From an uncultured Acidobacteriota bacterium (lineage in GTDB: Bacteria; Acidobacteriota; UBA6911; RPQK01; JAPXNP01): 64,000 nt of DNA. Positions 51,084-61,147 of this stretch are shown one piece after another. The stretch is taken from the NCBI GenBank assembly GCA_963777605.1, contig CAVZRV010000031.1, positions 1 to 64,000 of the forward strand, given 5' to 3'. A model generated the notes under the pieces. That model saw nothing but the letters and a program-made list of their open reading frames with translations, did not search any database and was not told the DNA's origin. Position 1 is the stretch's first letter, and every line of letters begins with the position of its first letter. The translations under genes and the position numbers were made by a program.

Positions 51084-51773
51084 TCAATCCTCCATCAATT
51101 GGAATCGAATCAAGAGTGGCCCTTCATCTTTCGTCCAGCCTGGTGACGGATCCACCCGGACCTCTCGCCCCCTGGCCTTGACCTCGATCATTGCCGGAGG
51201 AGGATCCGTTGGAACTTGGGCGAAATGAAATCTGCCCTGTGCGTCGGTCGTCGTGTATTGCCCGGTTCCCGGAATCTCGATCCGAGCCCCCATCACAGGG
51301 ACATCTCCCGGGCCGAGAACTCTTCCAGCCAAAGGCCTGACCGGTGACTGCCTGACTACCAAAGGCTGCAGTACAGGTCTTGACTTCGGCTGACGGCGGA
51401 CCTGCCTGCACGGCACTCCGAGTTTGAAACTCGGCCGGGGAGAGACCCCGAAGCCCGCCCAGACAGCAGGGGAAACCCGGTTCAGGTCAAGCTGGAACTC
51501 GGCCTGCTCCATGGCGGCAAACAGCAACTGTCCCAGCCACTTATGCGCCTCCTCCGGGTCAGTCGACCAGGTGGTGACCAGGTACTGAAGGGAAACCTGG
51601 AGAGGCGGCCGAAGGTTCGTGCGAAGAGGAGGGCTGTCCGACAGTTCGAGCAAGTAAAGACTGACACCCCTGAACTCGCTGCCGGAAGGCCCCGGCTCTG
51701 TCAGAATGACATCCACTCGATCTAAAACAGCCAGGATCCAGTCACGGACCCGCCGATCGATTTCATCGATCAT
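51084..51773 (-). CDS. Pvc16/DUF4255-like CIS terminator with carboxypeptidase-regulatory-like domain
   Basis: VSLYL, L.YLVT.W, W...G...RPSF; GRVLGPGDVP..GA...TTD..GRF. Confidence 0.8.
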   Translation of the reverse strand: MIDEIDRRVRDWILAVLDRVDVILTEPGPSGSEFRGVSLYLLELSDSPPLRTNLRPPLQVSLQYLVTTWSTDPEEAHKWLGQLLFAAMEQAEFQLDLNRVSPAVWAGFGVSPRPSFKLGVPCRQVRRQPKSRPVLQPLVVRQSPVRPLAGRVLGPGDVPVMGARIEIPGTGQYTTTDAQGRFHFAQVPTDPPPAMIEVKARGREVRVDPSPGWTKDEGPLLIRFQLMED

Positions 51774-52015
51774 GGGCAGACTTCCCTAGTGTTCGAGGTC
51801 TAATAATGTTCTAAAGAGATGAAAGAGTTGAGAAGTATACTACTGCGAAAGAAATCCGGAGGCAAACAGATTCGAGAAGAAGACACAACATTTGGCCGGT
51901 TCCAATGCGTGAAACGCCGGCAACTCTTTGCGGAAGGCGAAAGGTCAATGGCGGTCTCGCCACTGAAATATTGTGGCAATTCACAACCTCGATAATGCAG
52001 TGCTATTCGTGATCC

Positions 52016-52188
52016 AGTTCAGAATCTGTTCCGGGTCGGTCGCCACCACCTGAGAGCGGTTCATCAACGACTACTCCGCGACAGAGCTTTCTCCCATTGG
52101 AGAGAGGTGACCTGCGCCCGCTGAGCAGCACTCTGCCGGGGCGTTTTCTGTCTTCAATTCTCTTCGCCACCATTAACTTGACAGAGCC
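52016..52188 (+). mobile_element. IS6 right-end fragment (near-identical to 55236-55408)
   Basis: ~170-bp direct repeat ending AACTTGACAGAGCC. Confidence 0.9.
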
Positions 52189-52251
52189 CTCTGGGGAGTT
52201 CTGGTGCCTTCTTGAAATCGGAGAACAGCGGCTTTGCATTTCTATATTCTT

Positions 52252-52270
52252 ATTAACCTATTCGGTTAAT
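52252..52270. promoter_or_regulatory. Putative HigA operator
   Basis: ATTAACC-N5-GGTTAAT in the AT-rich region before the toxin gene. Confidence 0.6.
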
Positions 52271-52291
52271 GATTATTGACGGAGGACGGTT

Positions 52292-52639
52292 TTGCACGTA
52301 TGCTTCAAGAGTAAGAAGCTGAAGAAGGAGTTTGCTGAAGGGGCGCAGCTCGACCGGGTGCATGGGGCCAGGCGGGCCAAGAAGATTCGCATGCGCATGG
52401 CTGAGTTTCGGGCCGCCCGGAGCCTGATGGACTTCTGGCCACCGAAGAGCGGCCCGGGCCGATGTCACGAGCTGACGCAAGGCAAGCGGAAGGGGCAACT
52501 CTCCGTGGACCTGGATCACCCTTATCGTCTGATTTTCACCCCGGCTCATGACCCGGTCCCTACGCGGGAGGATGGAGGGCTGGATTGGGCAGAAGTAACC
52601 GCAATCGAAATCCTGGGGATAGAGGATACGCATGAGTAA
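52292..52639 (+). CDS. HigB/RelE-like toxin
   Basis: RCHEL..GKRKGQLSVDLDHPYRLIF; toxin-first order; GGAGG RBS. Confidence 0.85.
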   Translation: MHVCFKSKKLKKEFAEGAQLDRVHGARRAKKIRMRMAEFRAARSLMDFWPPKSGPGRCHELTQGKRKGQLSVDLDHPYRLIFTPAHDPVPTREDGGLDWAEVTAIEILGIEDTHE

Positions 52640-53729
52640 CCTGCAATCAGACCGGTTTCTTCCCGACTATCTGGTCACGCCCGGTGAGATTCTCGAGGAG
52701 TACCTTGACGCACTCGGCATGACTCAGGCCGAACTCGCCGAGAGAACAGGGCTGGCTAGGAAGACCATCAACGAGATCATCAAAGCCAAGTCGCCGATTA
52801 CGCCTGAGACAGCCTTGAAGTTCGAGCGGACTCTCGGTCGCCCGGCACATTTCTGGAGCAACCTGGAGCGACAGTACCAGGACGATCGGACGAGACTCGC
52901 CGAAAAGGACCGCATGGAGGCCTATCTTCAGTGGCTGGCCCGAGTGCCGGTTAAAGAAATGGCCAAGCGGGGTTGGATTCCCAAGCTCAAAGACAAGTTT
53001 CAACAGCTGGAGGTTGTGCTGCGCTACTTCGGAGTCGCCTCACCCGCGCAGTGGGAAACCGTTTGGGGCCAAGAACTTAAGGTCGCCTTCCGTCAAAGCA
53101 TTCGAACAGAGAAGTGCGCCGAGGCGGTTTCCGCATGGTTGCGACAAGGGGAAATCGAGGCACATAAGATCAAGTGCGCGCAATACGATCGAAAGATCTT
53201 TCAAGCCGTCCTTGACGAGATTCGTGACCTCACCAGAGAAGTTCCGGAAGTCTTCGCTCCGAGGCTGACGGAGCTGTGCGCCTCGGCCGGGGTTGCGGTG
53301 GTGTTCGTTCCGGAGTTGCCCAAGATCGGCATTTACGGCGCAACGCGCTGGATGGGAGGTAAACCGGTCATGCAGCTCAGTCTCTACCGGAAGAGCAACG
53401 ACCATCTCTGGTTCACCGTCTTTCATGAAGCCGGGCACATTCTGAAGCATGGTCGCAAGGAAGTGTTTATTGAAGGTAAAGGCCTGGCTGGTGAAAAGGA
53501 GGAGGAGGCTAACGCGTTCGCCCGCGATCGGCTCATACCCCCGGCGCAACTGCGTCGGTTCCTGAACGAGTGCAGACCCACACTGGCAAAAATCGAGCGT
53601 TTTGCCGATCAGGTCGGCATCGCCCCCGGAATCGTTGTAGGCAGACTGCAGTGGGACAAGGTGCTCCCGATGAATACGGGCAATAAACTCAAGGTCTTCT
53701 ACCGGTGGACCGACCAAGACACGAACTAA
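52632..53729 (+). CDS. HigA-like antitoxin (Xre HTH) fused to ImmA/IrrE-type peptidase domain
   Basis: PGEILEE.L...MTQAELA.R, ITPETALK, WFTVFHEAGH, E.EAN.FA. Confidence 0.88.
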   Translation: MSNLQSDRFLPDYLVTPGEILEEYLDALGMTQAELAERTGLARKTINEIIKAKSPITPETALKFERTLGRPAHFWSNLERQYQDDRTRLAEKDRMEAYLQWLARVPVKEMAKRGWIPKLKDKFQQLEVVLRYFGVASPAQWETVWGQELKVAFRQSIRTEKCAEAVSAWLRQGEIEAHKIKCAQYDRKIFQAVLDEIRDLTREVPEVFAPRLTELCASAGVAVVFVPELPKIGIYGATRWMGGKPVMQLSLYRKSNDHLWFTVFHEAGHILKHGRKEVFIEGKGLAGEKEEEANAFARDRLIPPAQLRRFLNECRPTLAKIERFADQVGIAPGIVVGRLQWDKVLPMNTGNKLKVFYRWTDQDTN

Positions 53730-53820
53730 GAGGGAGTGGCTTACTTTCTGGAAGACGGCAGAAACACTGAGTGTTCTATCCGATTGGTTTAAGCTGTATT
53801 TCCTGGGTGCCGAATCGAAT

Positions 53821-54470
53821 TCAAGTAGGGCCCAAGACAACACCTACTACTTCAACCGGATTCCCAGCTCGGTCAAAGGCCATCCTTGGTCCACAGTAGT
53901 CAGCGAAGAGTTTCGCGTATCCGCCCTTATCTAAGAGTGAAATTATGACTGTTTCGCCTTCGTTTCCCTCGGCCAGGCCGGCACCGAAATCCACGCCTCC
54001 GCAGTCTGTCAAGATAAATCGATCATGCAGTTTCTCGCCGCCTGATTTCTGAGTCAATCGCTGAATTAGAAGTCGTGCGCCAGCTGGAATTTCTTGGCTC
54101 AAGTGAGCCTTACACTCCTGGGCAAAATGCGAATTTGACGGTGCACGTTCTATGTCGGCCGAGCAGAACAGGACAACTCTGCCCGGGACGGTGCGCACAT
54201 TCTCACGGATGCAGCGCAGAAACTCGTCAATGGGGCGGCGCCAGTTCGGGCGGTGGGCACGGAAATAAGGGTCAACGAAGTAGATCAGCGTTGCGCTGGC
54301 AAGCAAACCCTGGACGGCCGCGGCCATATCCTCGGCTCGGCGACTCGGGAAAACGGTCCTCGCCAAGTTCCAGAGGGGACTGGATTCCAAAAGATCCGAC
54401 ACAATTACGCATGGATCCTTGCGGGGATTCGATCGTGCGACGATCGCATGAAATCCCGTCCGGTGATGCT
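53821..54470 (-). pseudogene. 5'-truncated hypothetical protein with PLD-like HDRF motif
   Basis: FVDPYF, KLHDRFILTD.GG..FG.GL; 5' end replaced by an integrase fragment. Confidence 0.55.
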
Positions 54471-54474
54471 CGGC

Positions 54475-54610
54475 TTCCATCCTCCGTCCTTCTTCGTATC
54501 TGACTACGGCGGCCGTCCCACCGACTGCAGCATTCGCTATCACTTCGCCCGCGTGTGCCAGAAGATCGGGTTACGCCCTCCTCAGAAGTTCCATAAACAT
54601 GGACGAGGCC
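54475..54610 (+). pseudogene. Fragment of a third RitB-like recombinase
   Basis: FFVSDYGGRPTDCSIRYHFARVCQKIGLR...HGRG aligns with FLVSQRAKRLVECVVHQTF.....TGLR....HGPR of RitB2; cut by IS6. Confidence 0.65.
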
Positions 54611-55408
54611 GGCACTGTCAAGTTGATGGGCTCGGTGAGAGAATACAGGAATGAACTCGCTCTACAAAGGTCATCGTTTTCCTGCTGAGATCATTGGTTA
54701 TAGTGTCTGGCTCTAGCATCGATTCACACTCAGCTTTCGGGATGTCGAGGATCTGCTCGCCGAGCGCGGAATCATTGTCTCCTACGAGACAATCCGATTC
54801 TGGTGTCTCAAGTTCGGGCCAGAATTCGCCCGGAAGATTCGAATGAGACATGGGCGAGGCGGTGATATCTGGCACGTAGACGAAATCTTCGTGAAGATTC
54901 AGGGCCAACAGTTCTCTCTTTGGAGAGCAGTCGATCAGGATGGCGATGTTCTCGACATCCTGGTAACCAGGAGGCGAAACACGAAAGCAGCTAAGCGGTT
55001 CTTCCGTAAGGTGTTGAAAGGACAAGGGGAACCGCCGTGGAAACGGATCACCGACAAGCTTAGAAGCTACTCCGCCGCTCATCGAGAGATCTTTCCATCG
55101 GTTGCGCATCGAACGTCTCCAATACGAGAACAACCGGGCTGAGGTCTCACACCAACATACGCGGGAGAAGGAACGGCAGGTTCGTCGATTCAAATCGATT
55201 GCCCAGGCTCAACGATTGCTGGCTGTCCATGGTCAAGTTCAGAATCTGTTCCGGGTCGGTCGCCACCACCTGAGAGCGGTTCATCAACGACTACTCCGCG
55301 ACAGAGCTTTCTCCCATTGGAGAGAGGTGACCTGCGCCCGCTGAGCAGCACTCTGCCGGGGCGTTTTCTGTCTTCAATTCTCATGGCCACCATTAACTTG
55401 ACAGCGCC
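54611..55408 (+). mobile_element. IS6-family element, full length, transposase (54651-55344) inactivated
   Basis: IRs GGCACTGTCAAGTT / AACTTGACAGCGCC; WHVDE, WRAVD, TDKL.SY, NNRAE.SH; early TAG and frameshift near 55115. Confidence 0.92.
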
Positions 55409-55529
55409 TGATGGCATTGGGGCCCCGGAACGGTCGCGACCGAGTTTTCGGATAGGACGGCGTTGTTGTTTCCCGTTGTGGGCTTTGCAATAATTCGGGA
55501 AACGAATTTCTTCGAAAGGATCCGTTGGA

Positions 55530-56363
55530 TTGAACTACATTGATTCGCACATGCATGTCTGGACGGACGAAGAAGCCTACCCAATGGACCCCAACGTGAT
55601 CCAGAATGGCCTGGAAATGCGCAAATTCCTTCCCAGTCAGGCCCTCGCCCACGCAAATCCCAGCGGCGTATCGAGAATCGTGCTCGTTCAAATGAGTTAT
55701 TACGGCATTGATAACTCCTACCTACTCGACGTCATTGCGGAGGATCCGTCCACATTCAGGGGAATTGCAGTGATCGATCCTCTGTCTCCGAATCTGGCCT
55801 CGCAGATGCGCACTCTGAGAGCCGCGGGGATCAGAGGATTCCGTCTCGTGATAACCGATGAGTCCTCGGCGGCTTCCATGACAGGTGGTGCCTGGAATGA
55901 GATGTTCGAGTGTGCAGCCAGGGAAGGCATGGCGATTTGCCTGCTGATCAATCCAGAGTACCTCTCACTGCTGCCTGATGTGTGCGCAAGTTTTCCGGAT
56001 ACCGGGATCGTCATTGATCATCTTGCGCGGATCGGGATGTCCACCCCTGTTCGTGAAGAAGAAGTCAGGATGCTGTCTGCCCTGGCGAAATCCCCGGGAG
56101 TCGCAGTCAAGATTTCGGCTTTCTACGCCCTTGGCTCCAGGAGAGCGCCCCATCTCGATCTGGTCGAACTGATTCACCAGGTTCTCGATGCCTACGGAGC
56201 GGAACGACTGATGTGGGGCTCGGATTGCCCTTTTCAGATTATGGAAGAGCCTTATGAGTCGAGCCTGGCTCTGATCCGGGATCACCTCGAATTGCCGGGT
56301 GCAGACCGCGACATGATTTTGAGAGGAACGGCCGAACGGCTTTTCTTTTCACCAAACGAGTGA
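55530..56363 (+). CDS. Amidohydrolase-2 family protein (sugar-lactonase-like)
   Basis: IDSHMHVW, IDHLA, VKIS, RLMWGSDCP. Confidence 0.88.
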   Translation: MNYIDSHMHVWTDEEAYPMDPNVIQNGLEMRKFLPSQALAHANPSGVSRIVLVQMSYYGIDNSYLLDVIAEDPSTFRGIAVIDPLSPNLASQMRTLRAAGIRGFRLVITDESSAASMTGGAWNEMFECAAREGMAICLLINPEYLSLLPDVCASFPDTGIVIDHLARIGMSTPVREEEVRMLSALAKSPGVAVKISAFYALGSRRAPHLDLVELIHQVLDAYGAERLMWGSDCPFQIMEEPYESSLALIRDHLELPGADRDMILRGTAERLFFSPNE

Positions 56364-56416
56364 CTCGTGCTCGAGCGGCATCTTTGCCTGCAAGGCTTTT
56401 AGCCTGGCGTGACCTG

Positions 56417-57559
56417 TTATCCCGGTTTCTTTTGCAAAATCCTTCTCAGGCTCCCGATGAATTGTTCGGCGTCGGTAAGATCGTTGTAGAGATGGACCGA
56501 GATTCGAACGCGGCCATCTCCGCCCCAAACATGGACGCGCTCCGCGGCGAGGCGACGCGCGATTTCTTCGCAGTTGGCATTCTCAAAGGAAATCAGGCCG
56601 GCCCGTCGTTCGGGCTGACGAGGAGTCATGAGCGAGACGGGAAGCCGGGAGAGTTCCTCAATCAGAAAATCGCAAACCGGCTCGAGGTCTCCAGCAATCT
56701 TCGCGACTCCAACTTCCTGGAGATAGGCGGCGGAGTCGTTCAAGCCATACAGCGTTAGAAAATTGGGCATCCCCAACTCAAACCGGGCCGAAGTCGGCTT
56801 GAAATCCACGGTTCGAAACCGCTCCTCACTGAACAGGTCGCGAACGGACCACCAACCCGCGGCCGCCGGTTGGAGCTTCGGCAGAAGGGTCGGGGAGCAA
56901 TAGAGGACTCCTCCTCCGTGCGGGGCCAGGAGCCATTTGTAAGTGCTGGCAACCAGATAGTCGACCCCTTCCAGGGGGACGGGGATCCGGCCGAGCGACT
57001 GGGTGGCGTCCACGCAGAAGACCGCACCGCGAGAGTGAGCGATTTTCGCGATTTCGGCAATGTCGAGACGGGCGCCGCTGGAATAGCTGACGTGGCTGAC
57101 CGACACCAGCCTTGTCCTTGAGCTGATAGCCGCCGAGAAGTCTTCGGGCGTAAGGAACCAGCTCCGGCTTTTCAGCACTTTGACCTCGACTCCCTTTCGC
57201 TTCAGGTTGAGCCACGGCAGGACATTGGAGGGGAACTCCAGGTCGTCGATGATGACCTCGTCGTGACCCGGCTTCCAGTCGATCGCGTTACAGAGCCGGT
57301 TGATGCACTCCGAAGCATTGCCAAGAAAGGCGATCGATTCAGCCGACGTGCTGAGGAGTTGACCGATTCTCTGCTTGCAGGCCGTCTCGAGCGCGTAGAG
57401 GTCAGGACGGCCTTCCGCCCCCCTGCTCTTGGCGGAAAGGTATTGCTCAAGAGCTGCGTGACACCTTTTCGGAGGGATCCCCTCGGCCCCGGTGTTGAGA
57501 TAGGCCCGGTTTTCAAGGCCTGGAAAATCTGGTTTGTAAGGAGACCTTCGAGTATTCAC
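56417..57559 (-). CDS. Class V PLP-dependent aminotransferase
   Basis: YLNTG, EFPSN, VDATQSLG, STYKWLL, RISVHLYN. Confidence 0.9.
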   Translation of the reverse strand: MNTRRSPYKPDFPGLENRAYLNTGAEGIPPKRCHAALEQYLSAKSRGAEGRPDLYALETACKQRIGQLLSTSAESIAFLGNASECINRLCNAIDWKPGHDEVIIDDLEFPSNVLPWLNLKRKGVEVKVLKSRSWFLTPEDFSAAISSRTRLVSVSHVSYSSGARLDIAEIAKIAHSRGAVFCVDATQSLGRIPVPLEGVDYLVASTYKWLLAPHGGGVLYCSPTLLPKLQPAAAGWWSVRDLFSEERFRTVDFKPTSARFELGMPNFLTLYGLNDSAAYLQEVGVAKIAGDLEPVCDFLIEELSRLPVSLMTPRQPERRAGLISFENANCEEIARRLAAERVHVWGGDGRVRISVHLYNDLTDAEQFIGSLRRILQKKPG

Positions 57560-57573
57560 TTCGATTCCTCTTC

Positions 57574-58729
57574 TCAGAAACTGACCATCATTAACCGGTA
57601 GAGTTCTGCTGCCTGCCTGACCTGCTCCAGGTTGACATATTCGACCGTGTTGTGAGCCTGATCGATGCTGCCCGGGCCAACGACGATACTCGGTATCCCG
57701 GCTCGACTCAGTTTGCTCGCATCGGTCCCAAACGGAACACCGACGATTTCACAATGTCCAAACACTTTCTCGAACGCTGCACTCGCCGTGGACACAATCC
57801 TTTCGTGCTCTCCCGTTTCAAGAGCCTGGTCTTCAAGCATCGGATCCTCCATCTCAACCTGAAGCGAAGGATCTTCACGCCTCAACCCAGCCAGAACCTC
57901 TTCGAACTCATTCCACACCGAATCCCGGTCTTCCCCCGGAAGAAGTCGCCGATCGATTTCAATTTCACAGTGATCCGGAACGTTGTTCACCTGAGTTCCA
58001 CCCCTGATCAATCCGATGTTGAGCGTGGCACAGGAAAGAAGCGGATGCCGGTTCTGCTCCAGCTTTGGGATGATCCTGTTCTCGATGGCGACCGCAATCT
58101 TGGCCATCGCCGTTATCGCATTGACGCCAAGGTGGGTCTTCGAGCTGTGAGCGACCTTACCCCGGGTGTGAACCTTCCACCGGAGACAACCCTTGTGAGC
58201 AGTCACCAACTGGAGATCTGTGGGCTCTGCGACGACTGCCCCATCGGCGGTAAACCCCGCTTCAACAAGCGCGCGCACTCCCATAAAAGAATGCTCTTCG
58301 TCTACCGTAGCGGCCATCGTAATCGTGGCAGGCGGCGGCTGTCCCGATTCACTCACCAGCCTGAGGGCGTGAAGCATCGCAGCGAGACCTCCCTTGGTGT
58401 CGCAAGAACCGCGGCCATACAACAACCCCGCCTCGATCCGGGGATCGAAGGGCTCAATCTCCATCCCCTCTACGGAGGCCGTATCCATGTGAGCCTCAAA
58501 CAGCAGGTGCCTCTTTCCCCGATCCCTCAATTCTTCCAATGACGTTCCAACGCCCGGACATCACTTCCTGTCTCTCGAAAGGAACTCCGATTCCGGACAG
58601 GTAGTCTCCGATGCGCCCGGCAATTTCGCCTTCGTTTGACGGGGGATCGTAGGCTGGATTAACGCTGTTAATGGCCACCAGTTCCTGAAGCAGCGTCACC
58701 AGCGGTTCAGAGGTCTGCCTACAGTTCAA
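57574..58729 (-). CDS. M20 ArgE/DapE-family metallopeptidase (apparent frameshift near 58515)
   Basis: LVAINSVNP in one frame; AHMDT, GRGSCDTKG, DEE, AEPT, GPG...AH in the next. Confidence 0.8.
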
Positions 58730-59717
58730 TTTCCCGATCCTCTTCCGAAGACTTGACAAGCGCAAGTGCAACACGCAGTGCTTCGACGGCTTCCCAGGGT
58801 CTAATCACTTCCGGCTGCCTGCTCTCCCTCACGCACTGGACAAAATAGGCAATCTCGTCCCTCAATGGACCTCTTATTTCTCCGTGGAACCAGGCGTCAT
58901 AGGAAACATTCATGGTCTCCGACCCGCTCTCGTTCCAAAGAGTCAACCCTGAAGGAACCAGGGCAAGATTCGCGACCCCGTTGGTACCGATCACCTGCAT
59001 CGAGTCCTCTGTCACGACACCGGCGCGATCCGGAAGCAGCCAGTGAGTTTCGAGACAGGCTACCCCGCCCCCCTTGAACTCGAGAAAACCCCAGTTGACA
59101 TCCGGATAGGTCTTGCCCTGGATATTGCGCGTGACGCCCCGTACTCTTGCCACGGAATCTCCCGTATACCAGAGACAGAGGTCGATGTCGTGAATGGCGT
59201 TGACAAGCAGGCCGTGAACCCGGTCTCCGTAGGTCTGATAAAGCCGTTTTGCACGATTTCGCCTTGCATGAATGGAGACAATTCGACCGAAAGTCCCTTC
59301 GTTGCAGAGTCGCTTGACGGTCGCGTACCGGCTCTCGAAGCGGAGGATATGGCCCACCATCAGGTACACTCCTGCTTGAGTCACCGAATCGACGATTCGC
59401 CGGGCGTCGTCGAGCGTGGTCGCAATCGGCTTCTCGAGGAAGACATGTTTTCCACACCGCGCGGCCTGTTCAACCGGTCCCGCGTGATCGGACTCCGGCG
59501 TTGCCACAAACACAATCTCTATGTCGTCTCGCTCACAGAGCTGCCGGTAGTCCGTGCAGAGGACTTTGACACCATACTTCGCGCCAATTTCCTCAAGACG
59601 GCTCTGGTTCGAATCACAAACAGCGACGACTTCGACGTCGTTCAGGACCTTACACACCTGTAAATGCAGTTCCCCGAAAGATCCTGCCCCAACCAGCCCT
59701 ACCCCAATCTTCGGCAT
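58719..59717 (-). CDS. Gfo/Idh/MocA oxidoreductase
   Basis: GLVGAGSFG, LEKP, GHILRF, IHDID. Confidence 0.92.
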   Translation of the reverse strand: MPKIGVGLVGAGSFGELHLQVCKVLNDVEVVAVCDSNQSRLEEIGAKYGVKVLCTDYRQLCERDDIEIVFVATPESDHAGPVEQAARCGKHVFLEKPIATTLDDARRIVDSVTQAGVYLMVGHILRFESRYATVKRLCNEGTFGRIVSIHARRNRAKRLYQTYGDRVHGLLVNAIHDIDLCLWYTGDSVARVRGVTRNIQGKTYPDVNWGFLEFKGGGVACLETHWLLPDRAGVVTEDSMQVIGTNGVANLALVPSGLTLWNESGSETMNVSYDAWFHGEIRGPLRDEIAYFVQCVRESRQPEVIRPWEAVEALRVALALVKSSEEDREIEL

Positions 59718-59800
59718 CCTCAGCTTCCTTTCGATTGATCTGATATCTTTCACGCGCCGCCACAAAATCGCATCCCGATCGAGAGCGTTGAGGGAATCAC

Positions 59801-60550
59801 TCAGTATGTAGCCCTGCCCCCGCTCACGTCGTAGACCTGTCCAGTTACAAAGCTCGATTCATCACTGGCGAGGAAATGAATCACGGCGGCGACTTCGGAA
59901 GGCTCACCAATCCGGCCGAGAGGTATCTTGGCCGTCATGTATTCGATTTGCTCGGCGGTCAACTGGTCGAGTATTGGAGTCCTGATGACAGCCGGCGTCA
60001 CCGCATTGACCAGGATGTTGTACTTTGTGACTTCCTTCGCAAGCGCCTTTGTAAACCCAATGAGGCCTGCCTTTGACGTCGAATAGGGAACCATATTCGG
60101 GTTACCCTCCTTTCCTGCGATCGAGGCCACATTTACTATTCTGCCGCTCCGTTGCTGCATCATCGCCGGCAGGCACGCGCGACAGCAGAAGTAAGGTCCG
60201 TCCAGGTTCACTGCCAGAACCCTTCTCCACTCCTCTACCCTCTGCTCGCATAACGGAGATGCCGTCCCCGCAATTCCTGCATTGTTGACCAGGATGTCTA
60301 TCCGACCAAAAGACTTCAGAACTTCCCGGATCATCTCTTCCACGGAACCCTCGTCGGAAACGTCTACGTTGCACGCCGTCGCAGAGCCACCTCCTTCTCT
60401 AATTCGGCTCTCGCCCTTTCGGGCAGCTTTCTCATCCCGGTCAGCGACCACAACTCTTGCACCTGCTTGACTTAGCCGCTCAGCGGTCGCAAGTCCGATG
60501 CCCACCCCTGCGCCGGTAACGATCGCTACTTTGTCATCAAGATTGAACAT
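59801..60550 (-). CDS. SDR family oxidoreductase
   Basis: TGAGVGIG, NNAG, YSTSK. Confidence 0.93.
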   Translation of the reverse strand: MFNLDDKVAIVTGAGVGIGLATAERLSQAGARVVVADRDEKAARKGESRIREGGGSATACNVDVSDEGSVEEMIREVLKSFGRIDILVNNAGIAGTASPLCEQRVEEWRRVLAVNLDGPYFCCRACLPAMMQQRSGRIVNVASIAGKEGNPNMVPYSTSKAGLIGFTKALAKEVTKYNILVNAVTPAVIRTPILDQLTAEQIEYMTAKIPLGRIGEPSEVAAVIHFLASDESSFVTGQVYDVSGGRATY

Positions 60551-60832
60551 TACACGGTCTCCCTGGAAGCCGGATGGTCGGCCGGCTTCGAAATACTTGG
60601 TCCACTCCAGGCAACCGCCGGTTCCAAGCGTTCACGAGTGTTCAAACCGGACAGTGCCATTGCAAACGAATCACCTGTTCTCACACGTACTCCATTCTCA
60701 CCGGAAACCAGGGACGAGGCCAGAACCCTGCCCTGCTGGTCACCGACCCCAAACGACGGTTGACGCCGTCTCCTGTCAGGAACTTGACCGCAAGAATACC
60801 AGAAAAAGATAGATTAGATGCAATCATTCTAT

Positions 60833-60861
60833 TTGACATATCGTCGATTGTCCCGTATCAA
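60833..60861 (+). promoter_or_regulatory. Putative sigma70 promoter
   Basis: TTGACA-17 nt-TATCAA in the divergent intergenic region. Confidence 0.55.
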
Positions 60862-61147
60862 CACTACGCGGGAACACACATAAGTGGGCTGGCGAGCTCA
60901 GTCTGAGACTTCGATTCTGGTCGATTCCGAAATCTCGATACTGTGTAAACTGGGGATTCTATTGGGTTCGAGGAAAGCTAAGATTGCGCGCCAAACGGAC
61001 ACCCGGATGGTGGCGGATCGCTTTCCTCAAAGTCATGTGCGTGTTCATAAAGATGCGCTGGAGATCATTGACAAATCTCGGTCGGGTACAGGCGCTGTCC
61101 GGCCGGCGTCCAAATGCGTGGATTCCGTCATCCGCTTGTGAGGTCTT

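Noticed and set aside
42214-51773. Prophage or T6SS interpretation of the tail genes
   Set aside because: No capsid, portal or terminase, and no TssJLM, ClpV or TssBC; the Pvc16-like gene and gene order fit a CIS.
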